Part shown: one piece after another, positions 8,648 to 16,180 of the stretch | Numbering within the stretch: position 1 is the first letter of the stretch | Layout: each line of letters begins with the position of its first letter | Source: a virus | Taxonomy: Duplodnaviria > Caudoviricetes | Virus record (IMG/VR): IMGVR_UViG_3300011335_000510 | Location: 1-30,608 of that record | Direction: 5' to 3' (one strand) | DNA: 30,608 bases | Notes under the pieces: model-generated | Told to the model about the DNA's origin: nothing | What the model saw: the letters and a program-made list of their open reading frames with translations, nothing else | The model's database searches: none | Position numbers and translations under genes: made by a program

Positions 8648-9835
8648 TTATATTTCTACTCCGTTACGCTTCACCTTTAACGAAGGGTCGAGTTTCAACA
8701 TCCTGTCTATTATCACTTGACAGTATTTCGGGTCTAGTTCCATTCCGTAGCACTTGCGTTTGAGTTGGTGTGCTGCGACCATTGTACTTCCAGAACCGAG
8801 AAATGAATCTGTAATTAAGTTTCCTACTTCACTACTGTTTTTTAATGCAATTTCAATTAATTCAATAGGTTTTGGTGTTGGGTGATTTCCTTCTCTTTCT
8901 TTTGGTCTTGCAACATCAATTACATCTGCTTGTGCATTATCACCAAACCATTTGTAATCTTCACCAATACAACCAAAAGCAATAAGTTCATATTTTGGTC
9001 TATAACCTTTTTTGCCACTTAATCCAAAAACATTTTTATTCCAAATCAAAGTACGTTTGAAGTTCCAACCGTTTTCTTTAATTGCGCTAATAAATTCTAC
9101 TTGTGTTTTTTGATCGTAGCAAACATAAAAACTTCCCGATTCTTTTATTGGCATTATTGAAAGTGCATCACTAATAAATTGTTGAAGTTCATTTCCACGC
9201 AAATCATCGTTTGCGATTTTAGTTATATTGTCTCTTTCAACAGTTTGTGAACGTCCACCACTTGCGCTAACTCCATAAGGCGGGTCTGTGAAAACCATAT
9301 CCGCCTTCTCTCCGTTCATCAATTTAGCGACTGAATCACTATCTGTTGAATCTCCACACAACAAACGGTGTTCGCCTATCTCGAATAGGTCGCCTATAAC
9401 AATATCCGTTTCAATAGCGTTTGCATCTGTTTCGAAGTCGTCCTCGACAGCGTCCAACTCCACACCTTCAAGATTAGGAACGTCCAAACCCCATTCTTCT
9501 AATTGTTCTGCGTCCCATTCGTTGGCTAACGCATCCCAGTCCCATTCACCAAAACCGACATTATCTTTGATAATAAAAGCGCGTTGTTGTTCTTCTGTTA
9601 GTTCTGAGGCTTTAATGATTGGTATTTCTTTTAGTCCTGCTTCTTTGCAGGCTTTCAATCGCATATTACCACCAAGAACAATCATATCGTCATTCACGAC
9701 TATTGGTCGTAATTCGAGCATCTGTGGAAGTTCTTTGATTGAAGCGACTAACTTTTTGAATTTATCGTCCTTAATGATACGAGGATTATTCGGGTTGGAC
9801 TTTACTTCGTTAATCTTGACATTGATTGTCTTCAT
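8648..9835 (-). CDS. ParB/Srx N-terminal domain fused to N6-A/N4-C DNA methyltransferase (beta class)
   Basis: NPNNPR and GGNMRLKA (ParB-like); TDPPY catalytic motif, HPTPKP, DSFLGSGST SAM-binding motif. Confidence 0.92.
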   Translation of the reverse strand: MKTINVKINEVKSNPNNPRIIKDDKFKKLVASIKELPQMLELRPIVVNDDMIVLGGNMRLKACKEAGLKEIPIIKASELTEEQQRAFIIKDNVGFGEWDWDALANEWDAEQLEEWGLDVPNLEGVELDAVEDDFETDANAIETDIVIGDLFEIGEHRLLCGDSTDSDSVAKLMNGEKADMVFTDPPYGVSASGGRSQTVERDNITKIANDDLRGNELQQFISDALSIMPIKESGSFYVCYDQKTQVEFISAIKENGWNFKRTLIWNKNVFGLSGKKGYRPKYELIAFGCIGEDYKWFGDNAQADVIDVARPKEREGNHPTPKPIELIEIALKNSSEVGNLITDSFLGSGSTMVAAHQLKRKCYGMELDPKYCQVIIDRMLKLDPSLKVKRNGVEI

Positions 9836-9897
9836 ATTAGTTAAATATATTATTGTGCTAATTTACTTCAAATGTTTCTTGTTATGTCACTAAATTC

Positions 9898-9962
9898 AAA
9901 GAAAAGAAAAGAAAGAAAAAGAAAAAGGTAAAAGAAAAACAAACAAAACAAAAAGTCCCCCC
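9898..9962 (+). repeat. Low-complexity A-rich tract (GAAAA/CAAA units) ending in C6
   Basis: Seen directly, within a 390-bp gap lacking a credible ORF. Confidence 0.8.
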
Positions 9963-10104
9963 AAGAAAAACAAAATGTCTTTGCTCTTAAAAGAGCAGTT
10001 GCACGATCCAAGCATTGATGTATTGCAAGTGTAGTCATTGGTTACTTCGCTTTGACTTACGAAGGCTTGTTAGTTGCTTATTCAGTTTGTTTCATTTATC
10101 ATTC

Positions 10105-10157
10105 AAAAAAATATACCCCCAATTGTTTCTTGTCGTCAAACGTAAAACAAAAGGGGG
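10105..10157 (-). terminator. Terminator/attenuator-like hairpin
   Basis: C5/G5 plus TTGTTT/AAACAA stem followed by UAUA-U7 on the minus strand. Confidence 0.6.
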
Positions 10158-10181
10158 CAATACTAAAAACGTTTGACTATA

Positions 10182-10189
10182 CAAATATA
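10182..10189 (-). promoter_or_regulatory. Bacteroidota -7 promoter element TATATTTG
   Basis: Perfect TAnnTTTG in an intergenic region; -33 element not at canonical spacing. Confidence 0.6.
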
Positions 10190-10226
10190 CGTTGGTATAA
10201 TCAAAAGTTGCCTTGAAACTTTTCAG

Positions 10227-10670
10227 TTACTCATTGTTGAAATCAACATTCACGTCTTGCATTGATTCAAGAAACGTCTTAATGTCTTTCTTTACACAAG
10301 CACCACACGTCGAACGCTCGTTGTAAGCACCTGTTGCCTTGTCTTTGAAGGTGTAGAACTTTGAAAGGTCTATTGCGTCAATCCTGCCCTTCTTTTGAGC
10401 GTCTAAAAGGAATGTCTTAAACTCGATTTGTTCTTGAAGCGTTAGCGTTCCGTCCCATTTAGAAGCAGGACAGGAAGCGAAAGACAGTTTCGCCTTAACT
10501 GGCATCACGCAACCGCATAACTTAATCGACTTGCGTTTGAACTTAACTTCAATTTCTTCTTCTGCTCCGACGATAAGTGGACCACAACTTTGCGTTGATG
10601 ATTCGAAGAACTTACACGCTCGACAAATGTCTAAACGTCGTTTGTACTCATTGTGTTTTACGAATAACAT
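10227..10670 (-). CDS. Cysteine-rich, probably Zn-binding protein (147 aa)
   Basis: RLDICRAC, CGC...K...CPASKW and CGAC motifs. Confidence 0.75.
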   Translation of the reverse strand: MLFVKHNEYKRRLDICRACKFFESSTQSCGPLIVGAEEEIEVKFKRKSIKLCGCVMPVKAKLSFASCPASKWDGTLTLQEQIEFKTFLLDAQKKGRIDAIDLSKFYTFKDKATGAYNERSTCGACVKKDIKTFLESMQDVNVDFNNE

Positions 10671-11151
10671 TGGCTCGTATTTTTTGTTTTATATTATCTA
10701 TTGTCCGATACAAGAAAGGCATCGGTATTCCTGTTTGTTTTGAGAGTTCCCGGTAGGTGAAGTCTTCTAATATGTATTCTTGGAAGATAAGACGTTCAAA
10801 CTCGCTCAATCGACTTATAAGAATGTCCAGTTGCTCGTTTGTCATTCGTGCGCCTAACCACGTCTTATCGACCTCATGCGCGTAGTCTTTGAAGTCGCGT
10901 CTGTTTCTGTTCCAGGCTATCGTTTGTTTGTAGAAAGGCGAAGTAGGTGAATTCACCGACAAATACATAACACGAATAAGATAGAATTCAAAATCGCCTG
11001 TATCAATTAAGTTTTCGATGTGCTTACTTCCAAACATAGAAAGTAAAGAGTCGTGCAAGAGATCTTCGTAAAATGGTTCTTTACGAGCGATGTTGTACGC
11101 AAGTTCTTTGAACTTTTTGTAGTGTCCTTCTATGTAATGTTCAAGTGTCAA
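10648..11151 (-). CDS. Sigma-70 (ECF-size) factor-like protein, probable late transcription regulator
   Basis: EDLLHD region-2-like motif; region-4 HTH LSEFERLIF...TYRELSKQTGIP...YRTI. Confidence 0.8.
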   Translation of the reverse strand: MTLEHYIEGHYKKFKELAYNIARKEPFYEDLLHDSLLSMFGSKHIENLIDTGDFEFYLIRVMYLSVNSPTSPFYKQTIAWNRNRRDFKDYAHEVDKTWLGARMTNEQLDILISRLSEFERLIFQEYILEDFTYRELSKQTGIPMPFLYRTIDNIKQKIRANVIRKTQ

Positions 11152-11552
11152 CTGTTGAAGTATTCATCTATAACTTTAATTGCTTCCTCGCTACCTTTAC
11201 AAATATAAGAACTATACCCTCTGTTTCTCAATTGCTCCTGCCACCATTTCTGCTCAGGCGACGCAACACCCCCTTTCTCTTTCTTCATTTCAATCGCAAG
11301 ACCTTTATAGTCTTGAGTTGGTTCGTATATGAATAGGTCGGGAAAGCCTTTGACGTAGCCTGTGCGCTTCATCTTAATCGCTTGAAGGTAACTTGTCCTC
11401 ATTCCCCCTGCGGAAGCACAATACAACGCTTGTGGATATGCTAAACGAAGATATTTTATTACAATTTCTTGTTGGTTGGCTTCTGATTCAGGTGATATTT
11501 TACGCTTCGCACTACTTTTTTTGAAAGTTTTTTTATATGTCTTCACGTTCAT
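11148..11552 (-). CDS. VRR-NUC (PD-(D/E)xK) nuclease
   Basis: GFPDLFI...IEMK...SPEQKWW...GY motifs; ATG at 11552 preferred over TTG at 11558. Confidence 0.88.
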   Translation of the reverse strand: MNVKTYKKTFKKSSAKRKISPESEANQQEIVIKYLRLAYPQALYCASAGGMRTSYLQAIKMKRTGYVKGFPDLFIYEPTQDYKGLAIEMKKEKGGVASPEQKWWQEQLRNRGYSSYICKGSEEAIKVIDEYFNS

Positions 11553-11598
11553 TTTCAATCAGTTATAAATTATTTTCAATTTATTTTCATTTTTTTTG

Positions 11599-11628
11599 TT
11601 GGATATTACAAAAGTTAGCATAGATTTG
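11599..11628 (+). promoter_or_regulatory. Early promoter matching Bacteroidota primary sigma consensus
   Basis: TTG (11599-11601) - 19 nt - TAGATTTG (11621-11628), upstream of the first rightward gene. Confidence 0.85.
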
Positions 11629-11663
11629 TACTCAACAAACAAACACAATCAAAGATAAACAAA

Positions 11664-11972
11664 ATGAAAACAACAACAGAAATCAGAACAGAAAAGAACA
11701 TCACTTTCTTAAAATCAAATCGCGAATTAATCATTGCAGAAATCAACGACGTTATGGGTTACTTCCCATACCGCACTTATAACGTGTCGTTGAAGGACAC
11801 TATGACTGTTCTTTTGAACGAAGTAAGCGGTTATGCTGACTACTCAATTGATAACTTGACAGGTTTGGTTTCAGACGCAATTGCAACAGCAAACACTAAT
11901 AAAGTAGTAGGTGACGTTCACAGCGAAGACCTTTACCGCGCTGCTGCACGTCGTCAAGCAGTTAACTTATAA
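11664..11972 (+). CDS. Hypothetical early protein (102 aa)
   Basis: First ORF after the promoter; A-rich leader. Confidence 0.85.
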   Translation: MKTTTEIRTEKNITFLKSNRELIIAEINDVMGYFPYRTYNVSLKDTMTVLLNEVSGYADYSIDNLTGLVSDAIATANTNKVVGDVHSEDLYRAAARRQAVNL

Positions 11973-12004
11973 ATCAAAATCAATAACAAATAAAACCCAA
12001 AATC

Positions 12005-12199
12005 ATGTACACAGTAAACTTTTACCACAACACCCAATTGATTAACTCATTCACATTTGGCACAGAGAATCAAGCGGAACAATGCTTAATATCACACGCT
12101 GACTACAAAGGTCTTGAAGTTCGCGAAGACAAATACTACGCGTCTTCAGAAGGCAACAAGCCAGAGACAGAAATAGAAATCGTTTATTCAGAAAACTAA
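12005..12199 (+). CDS. Hypothetical protein (64 aa)
   Basis: A-rich leader, operon context. Confidence 0.8.
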   Translation: MYTVNFYHNTQLINSFTFGTENQAEQCLISHADYKGLEVREDKYYASSEGNKPETEIEIVYSEN

Positions 12200-12206
12200 T
12201 AATCAA

Positions 12207-12320
12207 ATGAAAAAAACACTTCTCTTTATCGCGATGCTTTTCGCTGGAATGTTAATCGCAGGAACGATTGACGAACAAACAAGACAATTAGAACAAACCC
12301 CAAACACAACAAACAAATGA
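12207..12320 (+). CDS. Small membrane/secreted peptide, 37 aa (MKKTLLFIAMLFAGMLIAGTIDEQTRQLEQTPNTTNK); not in ORF track
   Basis: Basic N-terminus plus hydrophobic stretch; ATGA coupling to the next ORF. Confidence 0.75.
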   Translation: MKKTLLFIAMLFAGMLIAGTIDEQTRQLEQTPNTTNK

Positions 12321-12487
12321 AAGTAGAACTAATTCAAAAGACGACGTTGACCGATATGTATTACGTCATTAAAGTCAATGGAGAGTTTCATATGAGCTAC
12401 AACGATTTGCAAGATGCAAAAAACGCATACGACCGAATCAAGTCAGCCATACCACGCGAAGAAATAATCGAATCAAAAGAAATCTAA
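12317..12487 (+). CDS. Hypothetical protein, 56 aa (MKVELIQKTTLTDMYYVIKVNGEF...); not in ORF track
   Basis: ATGA overlap; fills the gap. Confidence 0.8.
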   Translation: MKVELIQKTTLTDMYYVIKVNGEFHMSYNDLQDAKNAYDRIKSAIPREEIIESKEI

Positions 12488-12502
12488 AACCCCATAAATC
12501 AA

Positions 12503-12733
12503 ATGAACAATGAAAAATCAAATTTTTACAAATCACTTTTTCTCTTTGAAGACGAAGTACAAATTCTTATTGACGGAATCATTACCGCACAAAATTACTA
12601 CGGTAATCAGAAAGACGGCACAAGTAGCAGGGATACGTTTTGCGAGCAACGAATTGCAGAACTTGAACGAGTATTCTTCAAACTTAATACGTCGCATTGG
12701 AAGGAATTACCAGAGCCACCAACAGAAAAGTAA
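12503..12733 (+). CDS. Hypothetical protein (76 aa) ending HWKELPEPP
   Basis: A-rich leader; HWxxLPEPP is a common phage small-protein C-terminal motif (DUF551-like). Confidence 0.75.
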   Translation: MNNEKSNFYKSLFLFEDEVQILIDGIITAQNYYGNQKDGTSSRDTFCEQRIAELERVFFKLNTSHWKELPEPPTEK

Positions 12734-12869
12734 CTTTATTTGCGTTTCTTCTTCAGCATCAGCATACAACCTAACGCACAACGAGATAAGCGCCAATATC
12801 GAAAAACATCAAAAACTTTCGGAAGCGCGTTGGAACGACCAATTAATTGAATACATTTGTAACCACTAA
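12510..12869 (+). CDS. Possible overlapping ORF in the +1 frame (119 aa)
   Basis: Stays open across the whole 12503 ORF and covers 12734-12869, which is otherwise unexplained. Confidence 0.35.
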   Translation: MKNQIFTNHFFSLKTKYKFLLTESLPHKITTVIRKTAQVAGIRFASNELQNLNEYSSNLIRRIGRNYQSHQQKSNFICVSSSASAYNLTHNEISANIEKHQKLSEARWNDQLIEYICNH

Positions 12870-12884
12870 AAATCAAAATAAACT

Positions 12885-13175
12885 ATGTACTGTCCAAAAA
12901 TCACTTATTGCTTTTCAGCAACAGACCTCAAAGAATTAAACAAACAAATTAAAGTTCTTGCCGTTAATTACGAAGAAACTGAAGGCGGTTGGTTCAACGT
13001 AGTTGAAGGAGATAATGTAACCTTTACAGACGAAGCAGGAAAGATTTTTATCTTATCTATTTGCGGTCAATTCTTTCGTCGTGGCGAAGGCGAATATGAC
13101 CTCGAACACGTTATGTTAATTGCAGACGGAATAACACTACACTTTGAAGTTAGACTATTCGACGATCAATTGTAA
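12885..13175 (+). CDS. Hypothetical acidic protein (96 aa)
   Basis: A-rich leader; TAATG coupling to the next gene. Confidence 0.8.
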   Translation: MYCPKITYCFSATDLKELNKQIKVLAVNYEETEGGWFNVVEGDNVTFTDEAGKIFILSICGQFFRRGEGEYDLEHVMLIADGITLHFEVRLFDDQL

Positions 13176-13969
13176 TGGGTTACTTTAAGCGCATAAACGA
13201 ACAAGCGCATCTGCACGAAAGCCAATTAAAACATATGGAGTCCGACGCGGAACTGGCAGTAAAGTTCGAACAATATCTAAATTCATTCAATAACAACAAA
13301 ATAAACAACAACACAATGAGCATTATTGCACAACCAACAAACAACAACGGCGGTGGACAAACAGTACCCGCAGGAACACATGTAGCACGTTGCTACCAAA
13401 TCATTCACATCGGAACAATCCTCGACACTTATCAAGGCGAAGAAAAGTTAGTCAACAAAGTTCGCTTAGTTTTCGAACTACCACTTGAAACAGCTGACTT
13501 TGGTAAAGGTGAACAGCCTTTCTCAATCGGTCGTGACTTCACCCTTTCAATGCACGAGAAAAGCGGATTACGCGCCTTCGTTCAAGGTTGGTTAGGTAAA
13601 GCTATGTCAGACGGAGAAGCGAACAAGTTCGACATCGCAACGCTTCTTGGCAAGGAATGTATGTTAAACGTAATGCACCGCACCGCGAACACAGGACGCA
13701 CCTACGCAGACATCAAAGGTGCTTCGCCACTTGTTAAGGGAATGACTTGCCCGCCATTGGTTAACTCAGCTTTCCTTCTTGACTACGACAGCGAAGACTT
13801 CGACCTTCGTTTTAAGATTCTTCCAGAGTGGTTGCAAAACAAGGTTAGCAGTTCGAAAGAATTTAGCGACCGATTAGACCGCGCTGCGGATCAAATGAAC
13901 AAGGCGAAAGCGATGCTCGAAAAAAGCGGTTTGGTATCTACTGACGAAAGCGACGATATGCCGTTCTAA
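13175..13969 (+). CDS. Single-stranded DNA-binding protein-like; second likely start at 13316
   Basis: PAGTHVARCY...GT...SMHEKS.LR...LLGKECML core and acidic DDMPF C-terminal tip. Confidence 0.75.
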   Translation: MGYFKRINEQAHLHESQLKHMESDAELAVKFEQYLNSFNNNKINNNTMSIIAQPTNNNGGGQTVPAGTHVARCYQIIHIGTILDTYQGEEKLVNKVRLVFELPLETADFGKGEQPFSIGRDFTLSMHEKSGLRAFVQGWLGKAMSDGEANKFDIATLLGKECMLNVMHRTANTGRTYADIKGASPLVKGMTCPPLVNSAFLLDYDSEDFDLRFKILPEWLQNKVSSSKEFSDRLDRAADQMNKAKAMLEKSGLVSTDESDDMPF

Positions 13970-13975
13970 ATAACT

Positions 13976-14021
13976 TGTCATAAAAAGGCGGTTATATCAT
14001 ACATAATCGCCTTATATGGCA
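13976..14021 (+). promoter_or_regulatory. Long imperfect hairpin after the SSB-like gene
   Basis: TGTCATA/TATGGCA and AAGGCGGTTAT/ATAATCGCCTT with G-U pairs; no U tract. Confidence 0.5.
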
Positions 14022-14060
14022 CAATTGACTGATATAACAAACAATTAAAAATAAAATAAA

Positions 14061-14507
14061 ATGAAAACAAGAAAAGAATTTAACATCGAAAGAGTAAAAG
14101 AATTTTGCAAATTAGTAAACGAAGGAAACTCACCTGTAAAAGCGTTAATAATTATGAGTAGTAGCACTGGCTATGCAACACCTTTAAAAAATGCAGGTTT
14201 CTTTTGGCAAGAAAAGGACGGTACTTATAAAGCTGTTGAGCGTATTTACTCTGAGCGTTACAACTTATTTGTAAATGAAAAGAAAATGTATATCAAAAAA
14301 AGAAATAATAATCAATACGCAGAACAAAAACAATTAAGGCTTAAAGGAATTAATTCAACACAAAAAAGAAACAGCTATAAAGAATATACAAAACAAGCAA
14401 GTCTTTTCAATCAATCCAAACCAAAGCCAACAGCTCCAGTAATGAAGGCTAAACAATCTCAATTAAACTTCATTCAACGCGTTGTAAAATCACTTTTTAA
14501 CTTATGA
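14061..14507 (+). CDS. Hypothetical basic protein (148 aa)
   Basis: A-rich leader; more AT-rich than its neighbours. Confidence 0.8.
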   Translation: MKTRKEFNIERVKEFCKLVNEGNSPVKALIIMSSSTGYATPLKNAGFFWQEKDGTYKAVERIYSERYNLFVNEKKMYIKKRNNNQYAEQKQLRLKGINSTQKRNSYKEYTKQASLFNQSKPKPTAPVMKAKQSQLNFIQRVVKSLFNL

Positions 14508-14743
14508 ACAAACAAATCTATTCAACCCCATTTGGACGACTTGTCAAGATTAACTTTAAGACGCTAACAAACTTCAAGAACGTTCTTCGAATCAGCGACC
14601 CAACAGCAAGACTTTACGTCGCGCATCCAGAACGAATGAGAATAAAAGACTTCAACAATATCTGTTTACACACAGGACTTTCACGAGAGGAAGTATTCAG
14701 CACATTCACACCAACCAAACACATAAACGAAGAAAATGACTAA
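14504..14743 (+). CDS. Putative Cro/XRE-like helix-turn-helix protein
   Basis: TLTNFKNVLRISDPTARLY...ICLHTGLSREEV helical pattern. Confidence 0.55.
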   Translation: MNKQIYSTPFGRLVKINFKTLTNFKNVLRISDPTARLYVAHPERMRIKDFNNICLHTGLSREEVFSTFTPTKHINEEND

Positions 14744-15269
14744 CGAACAGATAAGACAAGAAGTCGCGGAAATGATTCCGTTACGACATATGGAAAGATT
14801 CGAACTATTGTGGACGATGATTATCCCAAAGTACGAAAGATTGACTGCGGATCAAATTAAACAACAGCAAGAAATGGAGAACGAAAGAGATATGTTTTGG
14901 AGTGCTTTAGAAGACGTTACTTGTTCAGTTCTTGGAGTGCCTTCACAAGCTCTTTATTCACCAACGAGAAAGCGCGAGATAGTAACAGCACGACAAATCA
15001 TTTTCTTTATCGTTCGTCCTTGCTATTTGCTTTCGCTTAAGAACGTAGGCGACCGATACAAGAAAGACCACGCTACAATTCTACACGGAATCAACCAGGC
15101 AAGCGCTCAAGTTGAGTGGGATAAGTTTTACCGAGCCAACGTCGAACGCATTTGTTTTTTGCTTGCTGAGATAGGTTATGCTAAACCAATGGTTTTTTTT
15201 AGTAAGTTTGTCGAACACATTGAATACAAGAAAGAATTAGCACTTAAAAAGAAATCTAAAATTAAATAA
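14736..15269 (+). CDS. Protein with DnaA C-terminal (domain IV) HTH
   Basis: SPTRKREIVTARQI...SLKNVG...KDHATILHG matches the Bac_DnaA_C signature; no AAA+ domain. Confidence 0.85.
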   Translation: MTNEQIRQEVAEMIPLRHMERFELLWTMIIPKYERLTADQIKQQQEMENERDMFWSALEDVTCSVLGVPSQALYSPTRKREIVTARQIIFFIVRPCYLLSLKNVGDRYKKDHATILHGINQASAQVEWDKFYRANVERICFLLAEIGYAKPMVFFSKFVEHIEYKKELALKKKSKIK

Positions 15270-15280
15270 ACCTTAAAACT

Positions 15281-15469
15281 ATGTGCGACTACTGCCGTTA
15301 TTGCGACGTCGAAGCAATTGAAGAACGAATTGCTGATATTAAACACAATAGCATTGTTTACGAGAACTGGGACAACTCAGACGTTCAAGAACTATTTGAA
15401 GATGAAATAGGTCTTTGTTACGACTGCCAAAAAGAAGAAGACGCGGATATGGAAAGGGACGAATACTAA
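15281..15469 (+). CDS. Small acidic Cys-motif protein (62 aa)
   Basis: CDYCRYC and CYDC pairs. Confidence 0.75.
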   Translation: MCDYCRYCDVEAIEERIADIKHNSIVYENWDNSDVQELFEDEIGLCYDCQKEEDADMERDEY

Positions 15470-15480
15470 AACTAAAAATT

Positions 15481-15681
15481 ATGACAAAGAAACAAAGTAG
15501 TATTGATTGGTTAGTGGAGCAGTTAATACCAAATGCAATGAGAATGTTTGATGCAACAACTTGCAATGCTATTGAAAAAGCCAAAGCAATGCACAAGGAG
15601 GAGATAAGAGATGCTTGGAATAGTTTTGATGGTAAAACATTTGACAAATACCACAACGAAACATTTGGAGGGGAACAATGA
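15481..15681 (+). CDS. Hypothetical protein, 66 aa (KQSSIDWLVEQL...KAKAMHKEEI...HNETF)
   Basis: ATG at 15481 with A-rich leader preferred to the track start at 15415. Confidence 0.8.
   Translation: MTKKQSSIDWLVEQLIPNAMRMFDATTCNAIEKAKAMHKEEIRDAWNSFDGKTFDKYHNETFGGEQ
15653..15680 (+). repeat. 28-bp direct repeat, copy 1
   Basis: ACAACGAAACATTTGGAGGGGAACAATG; 27/28 identical to 16149-16176. Confidence 0.9.
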
Positions 15682-15947
15682 GTAAGCTATACACAGAAGA
15701 GCAATTAAGAGATGCTATTGCATTTGGTAATATAAGCAGACCAAATATAACTAATGATGATTGGATTAAACGACTAACCCCAATAGAACTACCAACGGAT
15801 GAGGATATATGGGATGAATCAGTAGAAATATACCCATATCCAAATCCAATTACTGTCGGTCTTGAGGTTGGCACTTCTATGAAAAGATCATATTTTACAG
15901 TCGGTGCTAAATGGATGAGAGATAAAATTAAAGGAGGGGACAAATGA
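15678..15947 (+). CDS. Hypothetical protein (89 aa)
   Basis: LYTEEQ...ELPTDEDI...GAKWMRDKI; ATGA coupling. Confidence 0.8.
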   Translation: MSKLYTEEQLRDAIAFGNISRPNITNDDWIKRLTPIELPTDEDIWDESVEIYPYPNPITVGLEVGTSMKRSYFTVGAKWMRDKIKGGDK

Positions 15948-16180
15948 AAACATTTCTTAAAAAACTATTATTTAGTAAGCCAAAATTAATGGTTAAACCA
16001 ATTTATATCAGTGTGTTTAAGGATAGCTACGGAAATTTATATGTTGGTGCGACTAACGGTGCTATTAATCCTGTTAAAAATGGTGTAAATGGTGTTGGTC
16101 ACATAGACACCCCTAAATACTTAGGTCAAATAAAAATTTACACGGACTACAACGAAACATTTGGAGGTGAACAATGCTAA
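15944..16180 (+). CDS. Hypothetical protein (78 aa)
   Basis: ATGA coupling; ends NETFGGEQC, like the 15481 ORF. Confidence 0.7.
   Translation: MKTFLKKLLFSKPKLMVKPIYISVFKDSYGNLYVGATNGAINPVKNGVNGVGHIDTPKYLGQIKIYTDYNETFGGEQC
16149..16176 (+). repeat. 28-bp direct repeat, copy 2
   Basis: ACAACGAAACATTTGGAGGTGAACAATG. Confidence 0.9.

Noticed and set aside
8648-9835. ParB domain as evidence of a plasmid-prophage lifestyle
   Set aside because: ParB-like/MTase fusions next to terS are common in phages; no ParA or parS seen.
9288-9893. 201-aa plus-strand ORF and the other antisense ORFs in the track (e.g. 703-942, 8176-8556, 15569-15943, 27205-27483, 29694-30002)
   Set aside because: Antisense shadows of well-supported genes, with no motifs or plausible leaders.
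10025-10070. tRNA-like look (TAGTCATTGGTT resembles a D-arm)
   Set aside because: No T-arm GTTCRA, too short, no proper acceptor stem or CCA.
11431-11439. DnaA-box-like TGTGGATAT
   Set aside because: Single one-mismatch copy inside a CDS; expected by chance.
15193-15200. T8 run in the DnaA-domain gene (also A8 at 1669-1676) as frameshift sites
   Set aside because: The -1 frame at 15193 stops immediately, and neither run marks a domain boundary or unexplained gap.
15653-16176. 28-bp repeats as CRISPR repeats or att sites
   Set aside because: Only two copies, 496 bp apart, both coding; no cas gene or integrase in the genome.
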